In this document: piece after piece, positions 1 to 12,210 of the stretch
Position numbering within the stretch: the stretch's first letter is position 1
Layout: every line of letters begins with the position of its first letter
Assembly (NCBI GenBank): GCA_030295235.1
Contig: AP026127.1
Coordinates: 1,488,001 to 1,535,812, forward strand
Direction of reading: 5' to 3'
Origin: Fistulifera solaris
Taxonomy: Eukaryota
Length of the DNA: 47,812 bases
The notes under the pieces: generated by a model
The model's input: the letters and a program-made list of their open reading frames with translations, nothing else
Database searches by the model: none
What the model was told of the DNA's origin: nothing
Program-made: the position numbers and the translations under genes

Positions 1-927
1 CGTTTAATTTCAAATGTCCAGTAGCAGCTTCCCTCACCTTTTCTACTGCGGCGATCGTATGATACGACTCTGCTTCTTCACGATTCGGTGCATGCTGTGC
101 TTGATGGTCTGCACCATTTTGTAAATAATTGTATTCATCTTCGTCGACCTGCCAAGTACCCTCCTCTTGACGACGTCGCTTTTCCAGTTCTTCTTCAATT
201 GCCCGTTTCGTCCGCGCGGCCGACTCTTCTAGCGCTCGAATTTCGGCTTCCAGTTGTTGACAATCCAGTCCCTCGTCCTCACTTCGGTGTGTCGTCTCAC
301 CGTCGTGTCCTCGCTGTTGTTGCAAATTGATAACGTCGCTTCGTTGAGCGTTTACACGATTCTCTGCTATCGGATCATTCTCTGAAAGATGACTGGAGGA
401 GGAAGTGTCATGTGTCGCAGACGCTCTCAATTCGCTAGCAGCAACGACGGACTGGAGAAAGACCGAACGGCGCACAGGTGATTTATTCTTCCAGTTGGGA
501 GAGACAAGGTTCTTCTCTACTGTCTCTGCTTCAGTCTCAGTTTGATACTGATGCGCTTCAGTCACATTCCTTTCCGATTGCTCACTTCTTTCTGATGCGG
601 CTTGAACTACCGATTTCAGAAAAGAGATCTTCGAACGGGTGATTTCCCAGGCGTACTCAAAGGACTTTTTATCGTCGTTCCCGACTGCACCGATCTCGGT
701 GATCTCATTTCATTCGAAGCTGAAAACGACTGATCAGACACATTCTTCCAGTTGCTCTTGGGTGCCGTGAGTACGATTAATTCCTCTTCGTCGTCGTCGT
801 TGTTGTCGACCATTTCTTGAGCAATCTCATTCTCCATTGCCTGAATTTGTTGCTGAAGCCTTTTCCGCTCGACTTCGGCTTCCAGGCGCGCTATTTCAGC
901 TGCTAAGGAGTCGTTTAAGAGACTCAT
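1..927 (-). CDS. Uncharacterised coiled-coil/low-complexity protein, 5' part (runs off the window); frameshift at T4 run 620-623
   Basis: ORF MSLLNDSLAAEIARLEAEVERK... stops at 616. Adding one T at 620-623 continues an open frame to base 1 (LFLKSVVQAASE...LEAEIRALEESAARTKRAIEEELEKRRRQEE). The internal repeat KSPVRRSLFLKSVV / KSPVRRSVFLQSVV spans the break and supports the correction. Confidence 0.6.
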
Positions 928-1452
928 TTTCGAATAAAACAATCAATGAGCTACTCAGGTTTTATTGATGCTCACAAATAATGATGAAGAAGTCTTTCAA
1001 GTGTTGGATGAGTATTTTTAGCCGGCACGACGTTACGCGTCTTTCGAAAAGACCCAAGAGTTTTTCGTTGATGTCTTGTTTTGCTAAATGACTTTCCAAC
1101 CGGTACTAGATTCAAAGTCATTGCAGTCTTCAACGGAAAACTGGGGCCGATTGCTACTGATAAATTCGTCCGCGCCATGACTTGAACAACTTTCGAACCC
1201 TAAGTAAACGTGCCTGTATCGATCTTAGTGTAGAAGCAACGCATAATGGAAACCGCGAAAGGCCTCTACGAAAAATTTGACCAGCATCATTGACGAACAT
1301 GAAACATCATCATAACGAAGAATCATGAATCCTGGTGGTTGCGAGCTATGACTATCGATAGCTAACTACAAAGTAAAAACTATCTTTGAAGATGCATAAC
1401 CTTTATTAAGCTTTCCATAAAAAATAAAAAAGTTTGAAATTGTGATGCACAT

Positions 1453-2457
1453 TCAATATTGTTTCCTCGACGTCTTGCTCTTCTTTTTCTCCTTCCGTTT
1501 CTTTCGTGAGGGTGATCGATCACGTAAATTTCGATACCGTTTGTGTCGGCGTCTTCGTTCTTCGTCTGATGAAGTTGATGAGTAGGAGTCATCGCTTGAA
1601 CTTGAACTGGAGTTATCCTTTCGACGCTTTGCTCGTTTCATTGTTTTCTTTTGTGCTACAGAAGGATACTCTTTCACCTCTTTCGCCAAACCCAAACTAC
1701 TCGTTGTCGTTGTTGCGAAAGGATCCCAACCTGTTTTACTGCACTCCCTATCGCCTCGACTGTGTCCCCAAATCCCACAAGCTAAGCACCGCACGTTGCG
1801 AATCTGTGTCCCCAAAGGTTGAAATGTAACACCGACATCGGTGGCAGAGACACCTTTAGCTCGAGGTGCGTTCGCTAAAGCAGGAAATCGTTGTATTTGC
1901 TCATCAAAAGTAAGATTTTGATGCTTTTTCCGTCCCACCGATTGTTCGAGAGCACTTAGGACCGGCTTGGGTGCATCCGATCGATCCATGTTGCTGCCCT
2001 GTAACACCGTCCCGAATGTAGTTGCGGTAGAAGCTGTCAAAGAGTTGGCGTCTACTTCATCGGTTTTTTGAGTTGATTCGGTAGTCTGGCCTGCTAATAG
2101 TCGTCGAAAAGCAGCGGCAGCGTCGTCATCCCCGGGCTGTCGTTCAAATAACGAATTGTCGACTTGTTGTGTTGATTGTGTATCCGCGGGCACCTTTGCG
2201 TTAAGGTTCGCCTCTTTACTATCTGTTTGTATTAGCCCAGGAGGAGGCTTGTAGAGAAATTGCAGTTTCGTATCGCCTCTGGCTATTGCTAGTTCTTCAT
2301 CTTCGCGCTCTCTTCGAAGTTGCGCTTCACGTTCGCGTATTCGCGTCTGTTCTTGATGTTTCTCTTGTTCTCTTTCCCATACACGCTTTTGGTTGCTGCG
2401 ATTTTGCGGATGAAACGATTTTTTCGACAGAAATTTGAGTCCTTGCACCATGGTCAT
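1453..2457 (-). CDS. CIR1: CIR1 (CBF1/RBPJ-interacting corepressor)-like splicing-associated protein
   Basis: N-terminal Cir_N-type motif LKFLSKKSFHPQNRSNQKRVWEREQ, zinc knuckle FQPLGTQIRNVRCLACGIWGHSRGDREC, S/R/K-rich tail. ATG at 2457 or 2451. Confidence 0.8.
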   Translation of the reverse strand: MTMVQGLKFLSKKSFHPQNRSNQKRVWEREQEKHQEQTRIREREAQLRREREDEELAIARGDTKLQFLYKPPPGLIQTDSKEANLNAKVPADTQSTQQVDNSLFERQPGDDDAAAAFRRLLAGQTTESTQKTDEVDANSLTASTATTFGTVLQGSNMDRSDAPKPVLSALEQSVGRKKHQNLTFDEQIQRFPALANAPRAKGVSATDVGVTFQPLGTQIRNVRCLACGIWGHSRGDRECSKTGWDPFATTTTSSLGLAKEVKEYPSVAQKKTMKRAKRRKDNSSSSSSDDSYSSTSSDEERRRRHKRYRNLRDRSPSRKKRKEKKKSKTSRKQY

Positions 2458-2643
2458 GTAAATATGGTTGTTTATTTCATGAGACGAGCGTTGCAACAAG
2501 CAATGAACGCGCCTCTCACCCTTTGCTGCTGTGCTCTTCGTGATTGAACTAATTCATGCAGTCGTGTAAAAAGTAATCTACAGTTCGCACCATAGTAATT
2601 ATAGGGACGACAACAAACAAGTCGGTGAACGTTTTAAAACCAT

Positions 2644-5600
2644 TTATTTCGTTTCTTTTTCCTTATCTTCCGCGAGCCATTGCTTGATAGTCGTCTGAAT
2701 GGCCACTGTGTCCTTGTGACCAGATGCGTACAAAGCCTTGTACATGCGATGAGCTTCCTTCAAATGCGAAATCGCTGTCTCTTGATTCTCAGCTCCCTCG
2801 CGTTTGCGAAACATAGTCGCACACTTAATATGCGCCTTCGCCTTTTCAATATGTGATGCTATGGGACTGTCATCGTCGACTTGGTCAATCAAATACAAAT
2901 ACGCTTCCAATGCACCTTCCTGATCACCCAACTTGATTTTAAGCGACCCGATACGCCCAAGAGCAGCAATCACGTGTTTGTGCGATGAGTGTTTTGCGGC
3001 CGTCAAAACGGATCCATTGATCTCTCGGATCTTTTCCATGGCTTCGTCGTATTCGGCCAGACCTTTCACGCCTTCTTCGTAAGATTGCAAGGCACGTTGT
3101 AGATCGTTCTTTTGGAATAAATGGAAGCGATGTTTAGGGTGATCAAGGTCATGTCGTAGCTACACTTTGCTTCAAACTCTGGATCAATAATAAGCGACGG
3201 TGGAGACTTGAGATACGTGTCCCTGGCAACTTCATACTGCCGCAAAGCGTCGTTCATCCGACCGTGTTTCGCCAAAAGAATCGCGTAACTGTTGATTGTT
3301 TTTGCCACTGGTACAGAATTCTCCCCGTACACACTTCGCTTCATTGCAATCACTTCTTCAAACATAGCTTCCGCCTTTCTAACGTCCCCAATATCCACGA
3401 GCAACGAAGCCAGAGACTGAGCATTGGCGATAGAATCATAATGAAGTGTAGCATTGCAAGTTTCGTAAATTCGAGCGGCTTCGGCAAATTTCAGCAACGC
3501 TACACGGGTTTCACCCAGCTTCACTAAAGCCTTCGCTACCGAATGAAGAGCATGTGCTACATACACATGATATGGTCCCAGGAGACCACGGAAAATGCTG
3601 ACACCCTCCTCCAGACGAAGCATGGCGTCTCGCGGCTGTCGGCATCGAAGCAGAGTCTCGCCGACTGTGACGAGACACGTAGCCATTCCAAGGGAATCAG
3701 ACGATCCCATGCTGTTGGTTGCCTTGTGGACTTCCTCTATAATCATACGGCCCGCCTCGCAGACAATTGTATCTGATTCGAACGGAGAGGTGGAGGCAGT
3801 AGCTGCGCCGTCGCTTGGTTTTGATTCCTTACCCGGAGATCGCGGCGGTGACAGAGGCACTTTGGGAAGCTTGCCAGGGGACCGAGGTGGAGAAAGGGGC
3901 ACTTTCGATAGCTTGCCCGGAGAGGGAAGAGCGTCGTCGTCTTTGGCCCATAACAATCTTTTTATTTTTTGCCGCCTTGGCAGAAAAGTTACGCCCGTCC
4001 AAAATATCGGCGACTTGCCTTCCTGTCGACTCCATGATTCCAAGTCCGAACACCCTACGCCGGACAAAGTCTGGATTGGTCAGTAATTCGGCAGCCGTTG
4101 TATGAGCATTGGCAAACATGAGGTGTTCCGGGAGGAATGACGTCGTATACTCTTCGAATTTATCGCCTCCTTCGATTAACTGCATCGAAAGCTGGTTGGC
4201 TTGAAGTACCTCCTTCAAATTTCTTTTCATTAGCGACCTTCCATCACCACCACCGAGCAAGGTTATTGCAACAAGTTCGTGAGTGAATTCATCCGTAAGA
4301 TGCGTAGTGTCTTGCTCTTTATCGCGGGAGGGTGTATTGAAGATAAATCGGAGTGGAAGTTCTATTGGTGTCATGTTCTCTTTCGCAATCATCTTCTCCT
4401 CGGCGACAGCTTCCGCAAAGTACGTGTACGTATCGGCTTCCGGAGTGAAACAAGGCATCTCTCGTTCAGCCATTTGCTCGGCAACAGTTTTCAGCGAGTC
4501 ATGCATTGTGTAAAAGTGCTGAATTTTCCTCGTTGGCATATCTTCGAAATCATCCCAATCCCCTTCTTCTTCGGATTTCTCGGATATGTCGATGTTCGCT
4601 TGTGAGTCCGTGGCGCTAAAACTGTCTTGTCCGGCTTTCGAGGTCGTTCGGGTAACTGCATGCATTGCCCGAGAAATCAGCTTCAAACTCTCCAAGTCTT
4701 TCACTACCTTTTTCGGATCTAATTTCTTGCCTCCAACAACTCCGCACTCAATGACTGTCCCAAAAACTTAAGCAGCACTGAATGAGGAATTCCGCGTCCG
4801 GAGAGAACCCAGTCATTTGACCTGAACGCCATGGCAAACAAGACGAAACAGCGTCGTAGTCCAATTCGGACATAACTGTCATCAATTGTAAAAAAGCTCA
4901 AATCGACAATTCGAAGGAAAGCGTTCTTGAAACTTCTAAGATTGGCTGCTTCCTCGAGGTTGAGACTGCATTGATTGTAGACGCCCATCCACACGGGGGA
5001 ATTTAAATTCCAATTACGGCTCCAGTGTCGAAGCATACTTCCGATCAGCAAAATGCCAAGTGGAGAGTTTCCACAGCCCTTTACAATCATTTTGGACTGA
5101 TTGAAAACCGCCGAGCTTCGACCCCCGTAGGGTCTTCTTCCTGCCGTTGAAAGTAAAAGTTTCACCGCTTCGTGTTCTGAGAAGATTCGAACAAAAACCT
5201 CCTGAACTGTACCACTACCAAGAAGGGCTGGCATACGCGTCGTGATTAATATTTTGTAAGGACTATCTCGCGGAGGAACTGCGTAAGAGGGCGTCTCAAA
5301 AATAAACCACTTCGCATCTTCCACGCGCCAGACATCGTCCAAGCAAATCAAAATATTTCGCCGAACAATCATTCGTGCCAAATCTTCTTTGATTCCTTCC
5401 AGGTCGCCGCCAGCAAATCGACGTGAACTATCTGCGCGGTCCACCATTCGATCAATCCTGCTTTCGGAGAGAACAGAGCTGAACGAGTCTTCCATTTTAC
5501 CCTCACTGACAGGGTCGGTTACGGATGCTTCCAGGTCCTCCTCTTTTGCAATGATTTGCCTGTATAAGTCTTCGTAGAGCCTTCTCACATCACGATCGCC

Positions 5601-7292
5601 CAACGGCGCAGGTCCTAATTTCAACCACGCAATGCCGTCAGAAAAACGCTCCCTTACTTCTACTGTTTGAATAACAGCAACGGCCAGAATGGACTTGCCG
5701 TTACCAGCCTTATCCCCATGTCTGGATGTCACACAGGTGATCGCGGTGTTCATAATCTGCCCATTTTCGTTCTCCTGGAACTCTGATTCGTCTAACAAGC
5801 AACCGACGACCTGTTTCATTAAGCGGTGTCTGTGAACATACTCGAGCGGCAGCTTCGGTACCGCAGATGGAATGTCTGCTTTAGGACGCCAACTAGGTTT
5901 CAATGCAGCGAGATCGGCATCTGCATTGGCGTCGTGATTTTTTAGTTTTTCTACTCGAAGTCCACGAATAACATCCACCAGCTCGTCCTTAGCTTCCACC
6001 GGTTGAATTTCCTTGAGTGGATTGTGACTTGGGCCTCTCATTAATCCGCTAGGAAGAAGATCAGTATCATCATGATGCCGAGACGACGGACTAGGAGACG
6101 CCGATCCGGATGAAAATCCATCTTCACCAGCGTCGTGATCAGCATCACCCTCGCCATCTTTGAAATGCTTTCGAAGTCTAGGTGTCGGCGTAGCACGTCG
6201 CGAGCGCACACGTCCAGCTGTCGGTATCAGCTGCCTGCCTCGACTAAAAACGCCCACGCGGCTACTCACGCTCCCAGATGGAGAACCCATGGTGTTCGCC
6301 GAAGTATCAGAAGAATCTTCCGTGCCACTTTCTCGTGGAATATCCGTGACTTGCCCGACCGCCTTTTCGACTTTTGCATTCCATGCACCAATGCGGTCGA
6401 TCAAATCGGTGTCAAACGGCTGCGCTAAACGAAAGAACAAGGTGTATTTCCGCTCTCTTCGAACTAGCATCGTCTCTAACACTCGATTTCCTTTTTTAAT
6501 GACATCTCTCAATCCCTTAAAAGTAGCGTCGTCTTTCAAAGCGCCTCTCGTGACTGTATCGACCGACACTTCATCGACAAGGGCAAGAAGCTGTCAAGAG
6601 ATAGCAACGTTGAATGAGTTACAAAGGAAAGATCGCAAAGAATTACAAACGGAGAACGATTTTTCTGCACTTACAAAGTCCAGATTCCCAACAAAGTTCC
6701 ACAATATGAGGCGAGCTTCGAATTCTCTCGAATCCATAGTTGCTTTATCACTGTCAGACGGCTTTTGCGGTCTTGCTCCTACAGCTACGTACGCATCTTT
6801 GACTCCTACTGCCAACTCATGAAAAAGTTTCAAGTTGGTGGGTGCTTTTCTGGGTAATTTGCTCGTTGAACCCGGTGCTTTGTCGTTGTAATAGCCGTCA
6901 CTGCGACATGAAGTCACCGCAACTAACATTTCTTTGCGCCTTTCCCCTTTATCATCGATAGCACTTAATCTAGGACGCGAACGGGAGCGTGATCGTGACC
7001 TATCGCGCAGTTTTTGAAAGACATTCCGGCGCGCTGGCGGAGGTGATTGTGTTCGCGGAGACTTATTAGCGTCCCCATTGTCATTTATTTTTGGGACGTT
7101 TGCTTCTACAGAATGAGCGCGACGATTCGAATTTCCCTTAGGGCTTTTCGGTGGCATCAAACTGTGTCCTCGTCGTTTGCTAGCAGATTCCGGTGAGATG
7201 GGCTCGTTCTGAGTCGCCTCATCATCTTTGCTTTTCCTCCCAGAAAGTCTCTTTCGAAAACTGCTTAAACTAGGCCTTGCTTTCGTTGACAT
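2644..7292 (-). CDS. NLR-like STAND NTPase: basic disordered N-terminus, helical domain, NB-ARC, C-terminal TPR repeats. One intron (6591-6674) and three homopolymer frameshifts (~4762-4766, ~3965-3970, ~3110-3113)
   Basis: Walker A GNGKS followed by VRERFSDGIAWLKLG, Walker B ILICLDDVW, KILITTR, GLPL-like CGNSPLGI, MHD motif (YTMHDSL), TPR-like repeats (LGPYHVYVAHALHSVAKAL; VYGENSVPVAKTINSYAILL). GTAAGT...GACAG intron joins NLDF|LLALVDEV in frame. Four consecutive ORFs join when one base is corrected in each homopolymer. Confidence 0.8.
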
Positions 7293-7933
7293 ATTTCAGT
7301 TCGATTAGTTGTTGTTTCTATTTACTCGAAGAAACAAGTAGAAAGCTACTCAACCGTTCGTTTCACTCTCCTCAGAAGAAAATTATAAATGACGCGATTG
7401 GTGCCCGACCAATTAACGACCGAGATAATCGTCCCACTAACAAGCTTTCGTCGTTTCAGCTCTATTCTTCCTTTTAAAAATGATAAAGTGCATTAATAAT
7501 GATCTCTGGCGTGCTTGCTGCATTCGGGAGGCGGTGAATGAATAGATCGATAATAGCGCGTTGCGGCACCGCGGCAGCGAGAAAAGGCGTCAAATGACTG
7601 TATCATCAAAAGTACTCCGTCACTTCGTGTGAAGGGTGAAGGGTCATTTTCGTCTGTCCGTTGATTGACTTCTTTGCGTGTCGGTTTGTCGGTTGAAAAA
7701 CGAGAAGAAAAAGACGCACCGGCACTTCTCCGTCCGTTGAAGTTTACGGGACTGCAATCGTGTTGAGTCAATAAAGACGGCACTGCCACCAGACTGTCAG
7801 ACTCAAGGTCACACTCGTTTTTTTATTTTTTTTTTATAAAAAAATAAAAAAAATACTCCGTAATAGCTTTCGGATGCAACTGGATGAAAAGAGAAAGGAG
7901 CGGTCATCGTAACTAAAACCCACTTTTCGACAT

Positions 7934-9088
7934 CTAATTATTGCTACCATGCTTGAGTTTCCTCCACACTTTCTTTCCTAATTGCATCTCGGATTGCGTA
8001 CCGAAGATAGACTTCGTCAAGGCAACAAAGTCCTCCGGTGTCAGTTCCTCGGGTCGCTGCACTGCCCATTCTTCGGATAATTCTACTCCTTCCTGTTGAC
8101 ACAGTTTCTTCAAACTATTCCGTAACGTTTTTCGCCGTTGTTGAAATGCTGTCGTAACTACTCGGCGCAATTGCACGGGAGCGACTCCTTGTAATCTTTC
8201 ACGCAAAAGAGATGGTGAATAAAAATGCAAGCCAATCAATGCCGAATCGACCGCTGGTTTCGGATAAAAAAACAGTAGGTGGTATTTTGAAGTGGCAGAC
8301 AACATCTGCATAAAGTTGGAAGACCACCGACAGAATGCCATAATCTTTCGTCTTCGGTTTGGCGACCATACGCTGACCGACTTCCCATTGCATTGTAACA
8401 GTTGCACTTGAGACAGCTCCGACATGTGCTGCATCCGCCAAGGCAAACAAAATCTGGGATGTAATGTAGTACGGTAAATTGCCAATAACGACCAGTGGTC
8501 GCTCGATCGCCATATCGGAATAATCGACTTGTAATACATCGGCGTGCGTGATTTTTAAAGTCGGATGCTTCTGTTCTAGTAACTGAATCGATCGTTCATC
8601 AATTTCTATGCAATGTAGACGACTTGCGCCGTAGACTTCGACGAGTTTGTCAGTTAATGCGCCAGCGCCCGGTCCTAGCTCGACAATTTCTTCCACAGTT
8701 GGTTGGTAGCGACTGGCGTCTTGATGAAAGGCGCGAACAATTTTAGCGACAGTATTCGGATCTTTCAAGTAATTTTGTCCGAGTGATTGCTTGGGTCGGT
8801 ATGTTCCCGAGGGAAGTTGAGGTGTTGCCGATGCTTGTATCACGACAGATGTCGATGCCTGATAATTCGGGTCGTCTTCTTCCCATTCCCATTCGCCGTC
8901 TTGATCTTGTACCCACCCATCTATAGCAAAATTGAATCGTCGTTTCGTGCTTATATTGCTGTTGCGAAAGTGTGTCGTCAACGGCCTTTCTAGAAAAGAC
9001 TCCACACAAGCAAATTCTGCGAGTAGAACGACAACAAGTTGCTGTCGCAGAAGCAGTTTTATCAGTCTTTTGAATGGACTCTTTTCAT
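7934..9088 (-). CDS. ksgA: KsgA/Dim1-family rRNA adenine dimethyltransferase, probably organelle (plastid) targeted; frameshifts at 9082-9085 and 8266-8272
   Basis: PKQSLGQNYL, VELGPGAGALT, IEIDER, VIGNLPYYIT, MQWEVGQRM, DYGILSV, PTVF|YPKPAVDSA, AFQQRRKTLRNSL, RPEELTPEDF. The corrected start MKKSPF...LLAEFACVES-F resembles a bipartite plastid presequence. Confidence 0.9.
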
Positions 9089-9365
9089 CCTTATTGTATA
9101 TCAGGGAACTTTATAAAAGGCTACCGAATTCGTTCAACACGACACAACGACAAACAATTACGGAGTAGTTTTATAGCTTGCTGCTTTGTTGCGATGAGAT
9201 TTCTATGGTAATGGTGATAAGTGACGAGAAAAAGAAAATACCTGCTGGTACCAGGTACCAGGTAGGTCTGCTCGTCGCAATATTCATTCGATGATGTTTA
9301 CCAGTATGGCGTTCACGCACCGCACGCCGCCCGCACGATCACAGTGCAGGCGGGCGGGCGGGCGA

Positions 9366-9596
9366 AAACGACGTTAAAATTCTGCCTCGCCGTAGGCTCT
9401 ACGTAGAAACTTGTACTGAGAGGCAGAATTTTAACGTCCTTCCGGCGGGGGTGCGGGGGTCCGTCGGTCTTTCCACCCGTACGCGTCATTAAAATCTTTT
9501 CACTTTTTTTATTTTTTTAAAAAAAATAAAATTCCACCTTTAGTACAAAACTCTACCTACTAGGATCTACGACCTGGCAGAATTTTAACGCCGTTT
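9366..9596. repeat. Inverted-repeat cluster (perfect 19-bp IR plus a third copy); possible MITE remnant
   Basis: GACGTTAAAATTCTGCCTC (9370-9388) and GAGGCAGAATTTTAACGTC (9420-9438) form a perfect IR. GGCAGAATTTTAACGCCGTTT (9576-9596) is inverted to 9366-9386 with one mismatch. Confidence 0.7.
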
Positions 9597-9629
9597 CAGT
9601 TTCATTCAGTAGACTAACTAGGGTCTAAA

Positions 9630-9865
9630 GGGGGTACCCGGATATAAAATTGAGATCACACCAAATCGAGGATCCATTATGTGCTAAAAGTAAACATCCA
9701 CCTCACAACAAGATAAATAAACGAACTGAAAATGACAAAAATTTCCTATAAAAATCAAATATTCAACACTTCGAAATCTACGCTTTTTCCACGTAGCCTT
9801 CGTAAGGAAAATTATCCAAACACGGGTGCCCAGGCAAGAGGAAGGCCCACGACCCGGATACTATT
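9630..9865 (+). repeat. Dispersed ~215-bp motif-bounded repeat unit, locus A
   Basis: GGGGTACCCGGATAT...ACACCAA...TCTACGCTTTTTCCACGTAGCCTTCGTAAGGAAAATTATC...ACCCGGATA. The same motifs occur in the same order at 16250-16540. Confidence 0.55.
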
Positions 9866-10078
9866 GGATTTTTTTACTACGGATTTTGAAAAAGCGTCAA
9901 TAACCTAGAACCTATAGTCTACCTAAACCTAATTCGAGCTTTTTAGCAGCAATATTTGACAAGCAAATATAATGTGCAGATGCAACATAGAGTAGACTAC
10001 GGAGCTAACTAGAAGTAGAAGACCTAGTCTACTGGACGTTCAAAAAGTTGCTAAGCTTAGCAAAATAGCCAAAAATTG

Positions 10079-10140
10079 TGTCGCAAGTGTGAATCGAACA
10101 CACGACCTTCAGATGGACTGTAGTTTGAAGAGTACTAATT

Positions 10141-10172
<32 letters not shown>

Positions 10173-10178
10173 TGCGAC
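10079..10178 (-). tRNA. tRNA-Phe(GAA) with 27-nt intron (10115-10141)
   Basis: Minus strand reads GTCGCAA TA GCTCAGTTGGGAGAGC G TCAGA CTGAAG [intron] A TCTGA AGGTC GTGTG TTCGATT CACAC TTGCGAC A. All four stems pair, the intron is at the canonical 37/38 position, and a T5 pol III terminator lies at 10071-10075. Confidence 0.95.
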
Positions 10179-11162
10179 AACATGCTAACTGTTGTCGAAG
10201 AAATGTATTTGAAAACTACAACAGATTGAACCGTAAAACTGAACCTTTTCTACAGCTTTTTGTGTGTATTTTTACCATCCGTCGATGAATAAAATTCTGC
10301 GCTTATAAACAAAAAAGCAACCATTCTTGTTGCGGACCTGGTACGAACAACTTTATAGAATTACTCCGTAATTTTTACAGAAAATTAATGCAGGCTGTAT
10401 GATGTAAGTTTCACGATGAATTTGGCTGAATTCTCTCAAAAAAGTTATGGGCAAAACCCATGTTTTCGACGAGCTGCGTCATGTACTCTAGCCTAGCTAG
10501 AATGGAGCGACCTTGTCAGTCATGCGTACGGGTCGGGCTCAGCACTTGCAGATTTGTAACTTCTCAAAATAAAAATGTTTATTTATTTTGCTTCGTTTTG
10601 GAAATATTCAATATTGTGTTCATATTTAAGCGTAATTATAATAATATGATATTTTATGTTTTTTTTGTGTTGTGAAGCAAGATAATATCAATTTTACTCG
10701 ACGGATGACAGACCAGATTTAACGGTAACCTTACTGCGAAAAATTAAACGACGAAAATGTTAGAGGTTAGAGCAGGCATGATTGCAATGAGCAACGGGCT
10801 TGTGAGAGCACTCATCAATAAACTATAGTTGCTCCCTCCGTACCAAAGCATTAGACTAGTCAATGTATGAGCCGGAAGGAATTACGATAAGGCTTAATGG
10901 GTTCCAAGCACCACAACGGCATTTACTATAACGTAGAGTGTTGTCACAGCCCGACTGATCCGAGTGAGTATCCGAACTTACTTTCAGTCCCAAAACGGTT
11001 CGTCCGCATTCCGCATGCAGTTTTTTTTTGTTGCGTATTCGGCGTGTTGTTTGCTTGCATGAGCTATTGAACCTAAAATGTTATACGTCCTTAATTGAAC
11101 CATCCTACCATTTTCAAATCATCATCATCGCTTGTAACAATCTTATTATATATATGAATAAA

Positions 11163-12091
11163 ATGACCGACTTGAGCACCATACAATTGCTAAAACAGCG
11201 CTTACAGAAAGTAATAGATCAAAAGAAAGATGAATGGGAGGACGATGCGATCGTAGACTCTTGCAAAGACTGCCTCGACAGATTAGATGGAGTTGACATG
11301 ACACTCGCGTTACTAACAGATACGTTGATAGGTGCTTCTGTCGCCAAATTTAAAAATCATCCTCAGCTAGGCGATGCGGCCAAGAAACTGATCGCAAAAT
11401 GGAAAGAAGTAGCCAAAAAGTCGGAAGCAACACAACCAGCAGCGGCAAAAGCGAAAGAAAAGGGAAAGGCAATTCGACGTGAGAGCACAAATAGTCTCAC
11501 AGATGCAGCGACTAAAGAAATTACAGAAAAGTGGTCCGATCTACCTCCAAATCGACAAAGTATCTGTCAAAAGCTTTTCGAACTGCTCGAACTCGCCAAA
11601 TCGCATTTAGATGGAATGTCAGCCGAAGCCATGCAAGAGGCTCTAGCGCACACTGCCGTCGACGTAGAAGCTGCTATTCACGACAATAACGATAAGGACC
11701 GTAAAGCCTATTCCGATAAAGCTCGTTCGATTGCCTTTAACTTGAAAAGAATCAGCAACTGGCTGTGGATCTCATTTTTGGGTCGACATCTCCGGACGAG
11801 CTCGTACACATGTCTCCAGAACAGCTGGCAAGCGCAGATCAACGCCAAGCGCGAGAAGAACAGGCCAAAAAGCTCACCGACTCGCGAAGATTGGATTGGG
11901 AAGTAGCGAACGAGGCAAAAATCAACGAAATGTGTGGTATCAAAGGTGATCTACTGAAAGCGAGTTTATTTACATGCGGTCGATGTAAATCGACCAAAAC
12001 TACTTCAACTCAGAAGCAAACGCGGAGTGCGGATGAGCCGATGACTGTCTTTGTTCTTTGTATGAATTGCGGCAACAGATGGAAATGTTAA
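11163..12091 (+). CDS. TFIIS: Transcription elongation factor TFIIS; frameshift at A4 run 11745-11748
   Basis: N-terminal domain (LLTDTLIGASVAKF...AKKLIAKWK), central domain (YSDKARSIAFNLK|KNQQLAVDL...MSPEQLAS), zinc ribbon FTCGRCK...QTRSADEPMTVFVLCMNCGNRWKC. Alternative ATG at 11154. Confidence 0.93.
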
Positions 12092-12210
12092 ACATTGTTG
12101 ACGCTGGTGTAGGGAGTCTGACGGTATTACTTCGAATTGCCGCTGTTGGCCTAGTTATAAGGTACAACAAATGAATAAAATGTGCAAGTAATATATTTAA
12201 TTAAAAAGCA

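Noticed and set aside
10832..10884. Stowaway-like MITE (CTCCCTCCGT)
   Set aside because: Only one good end; the partner is degenerate and there is no TA on the left.
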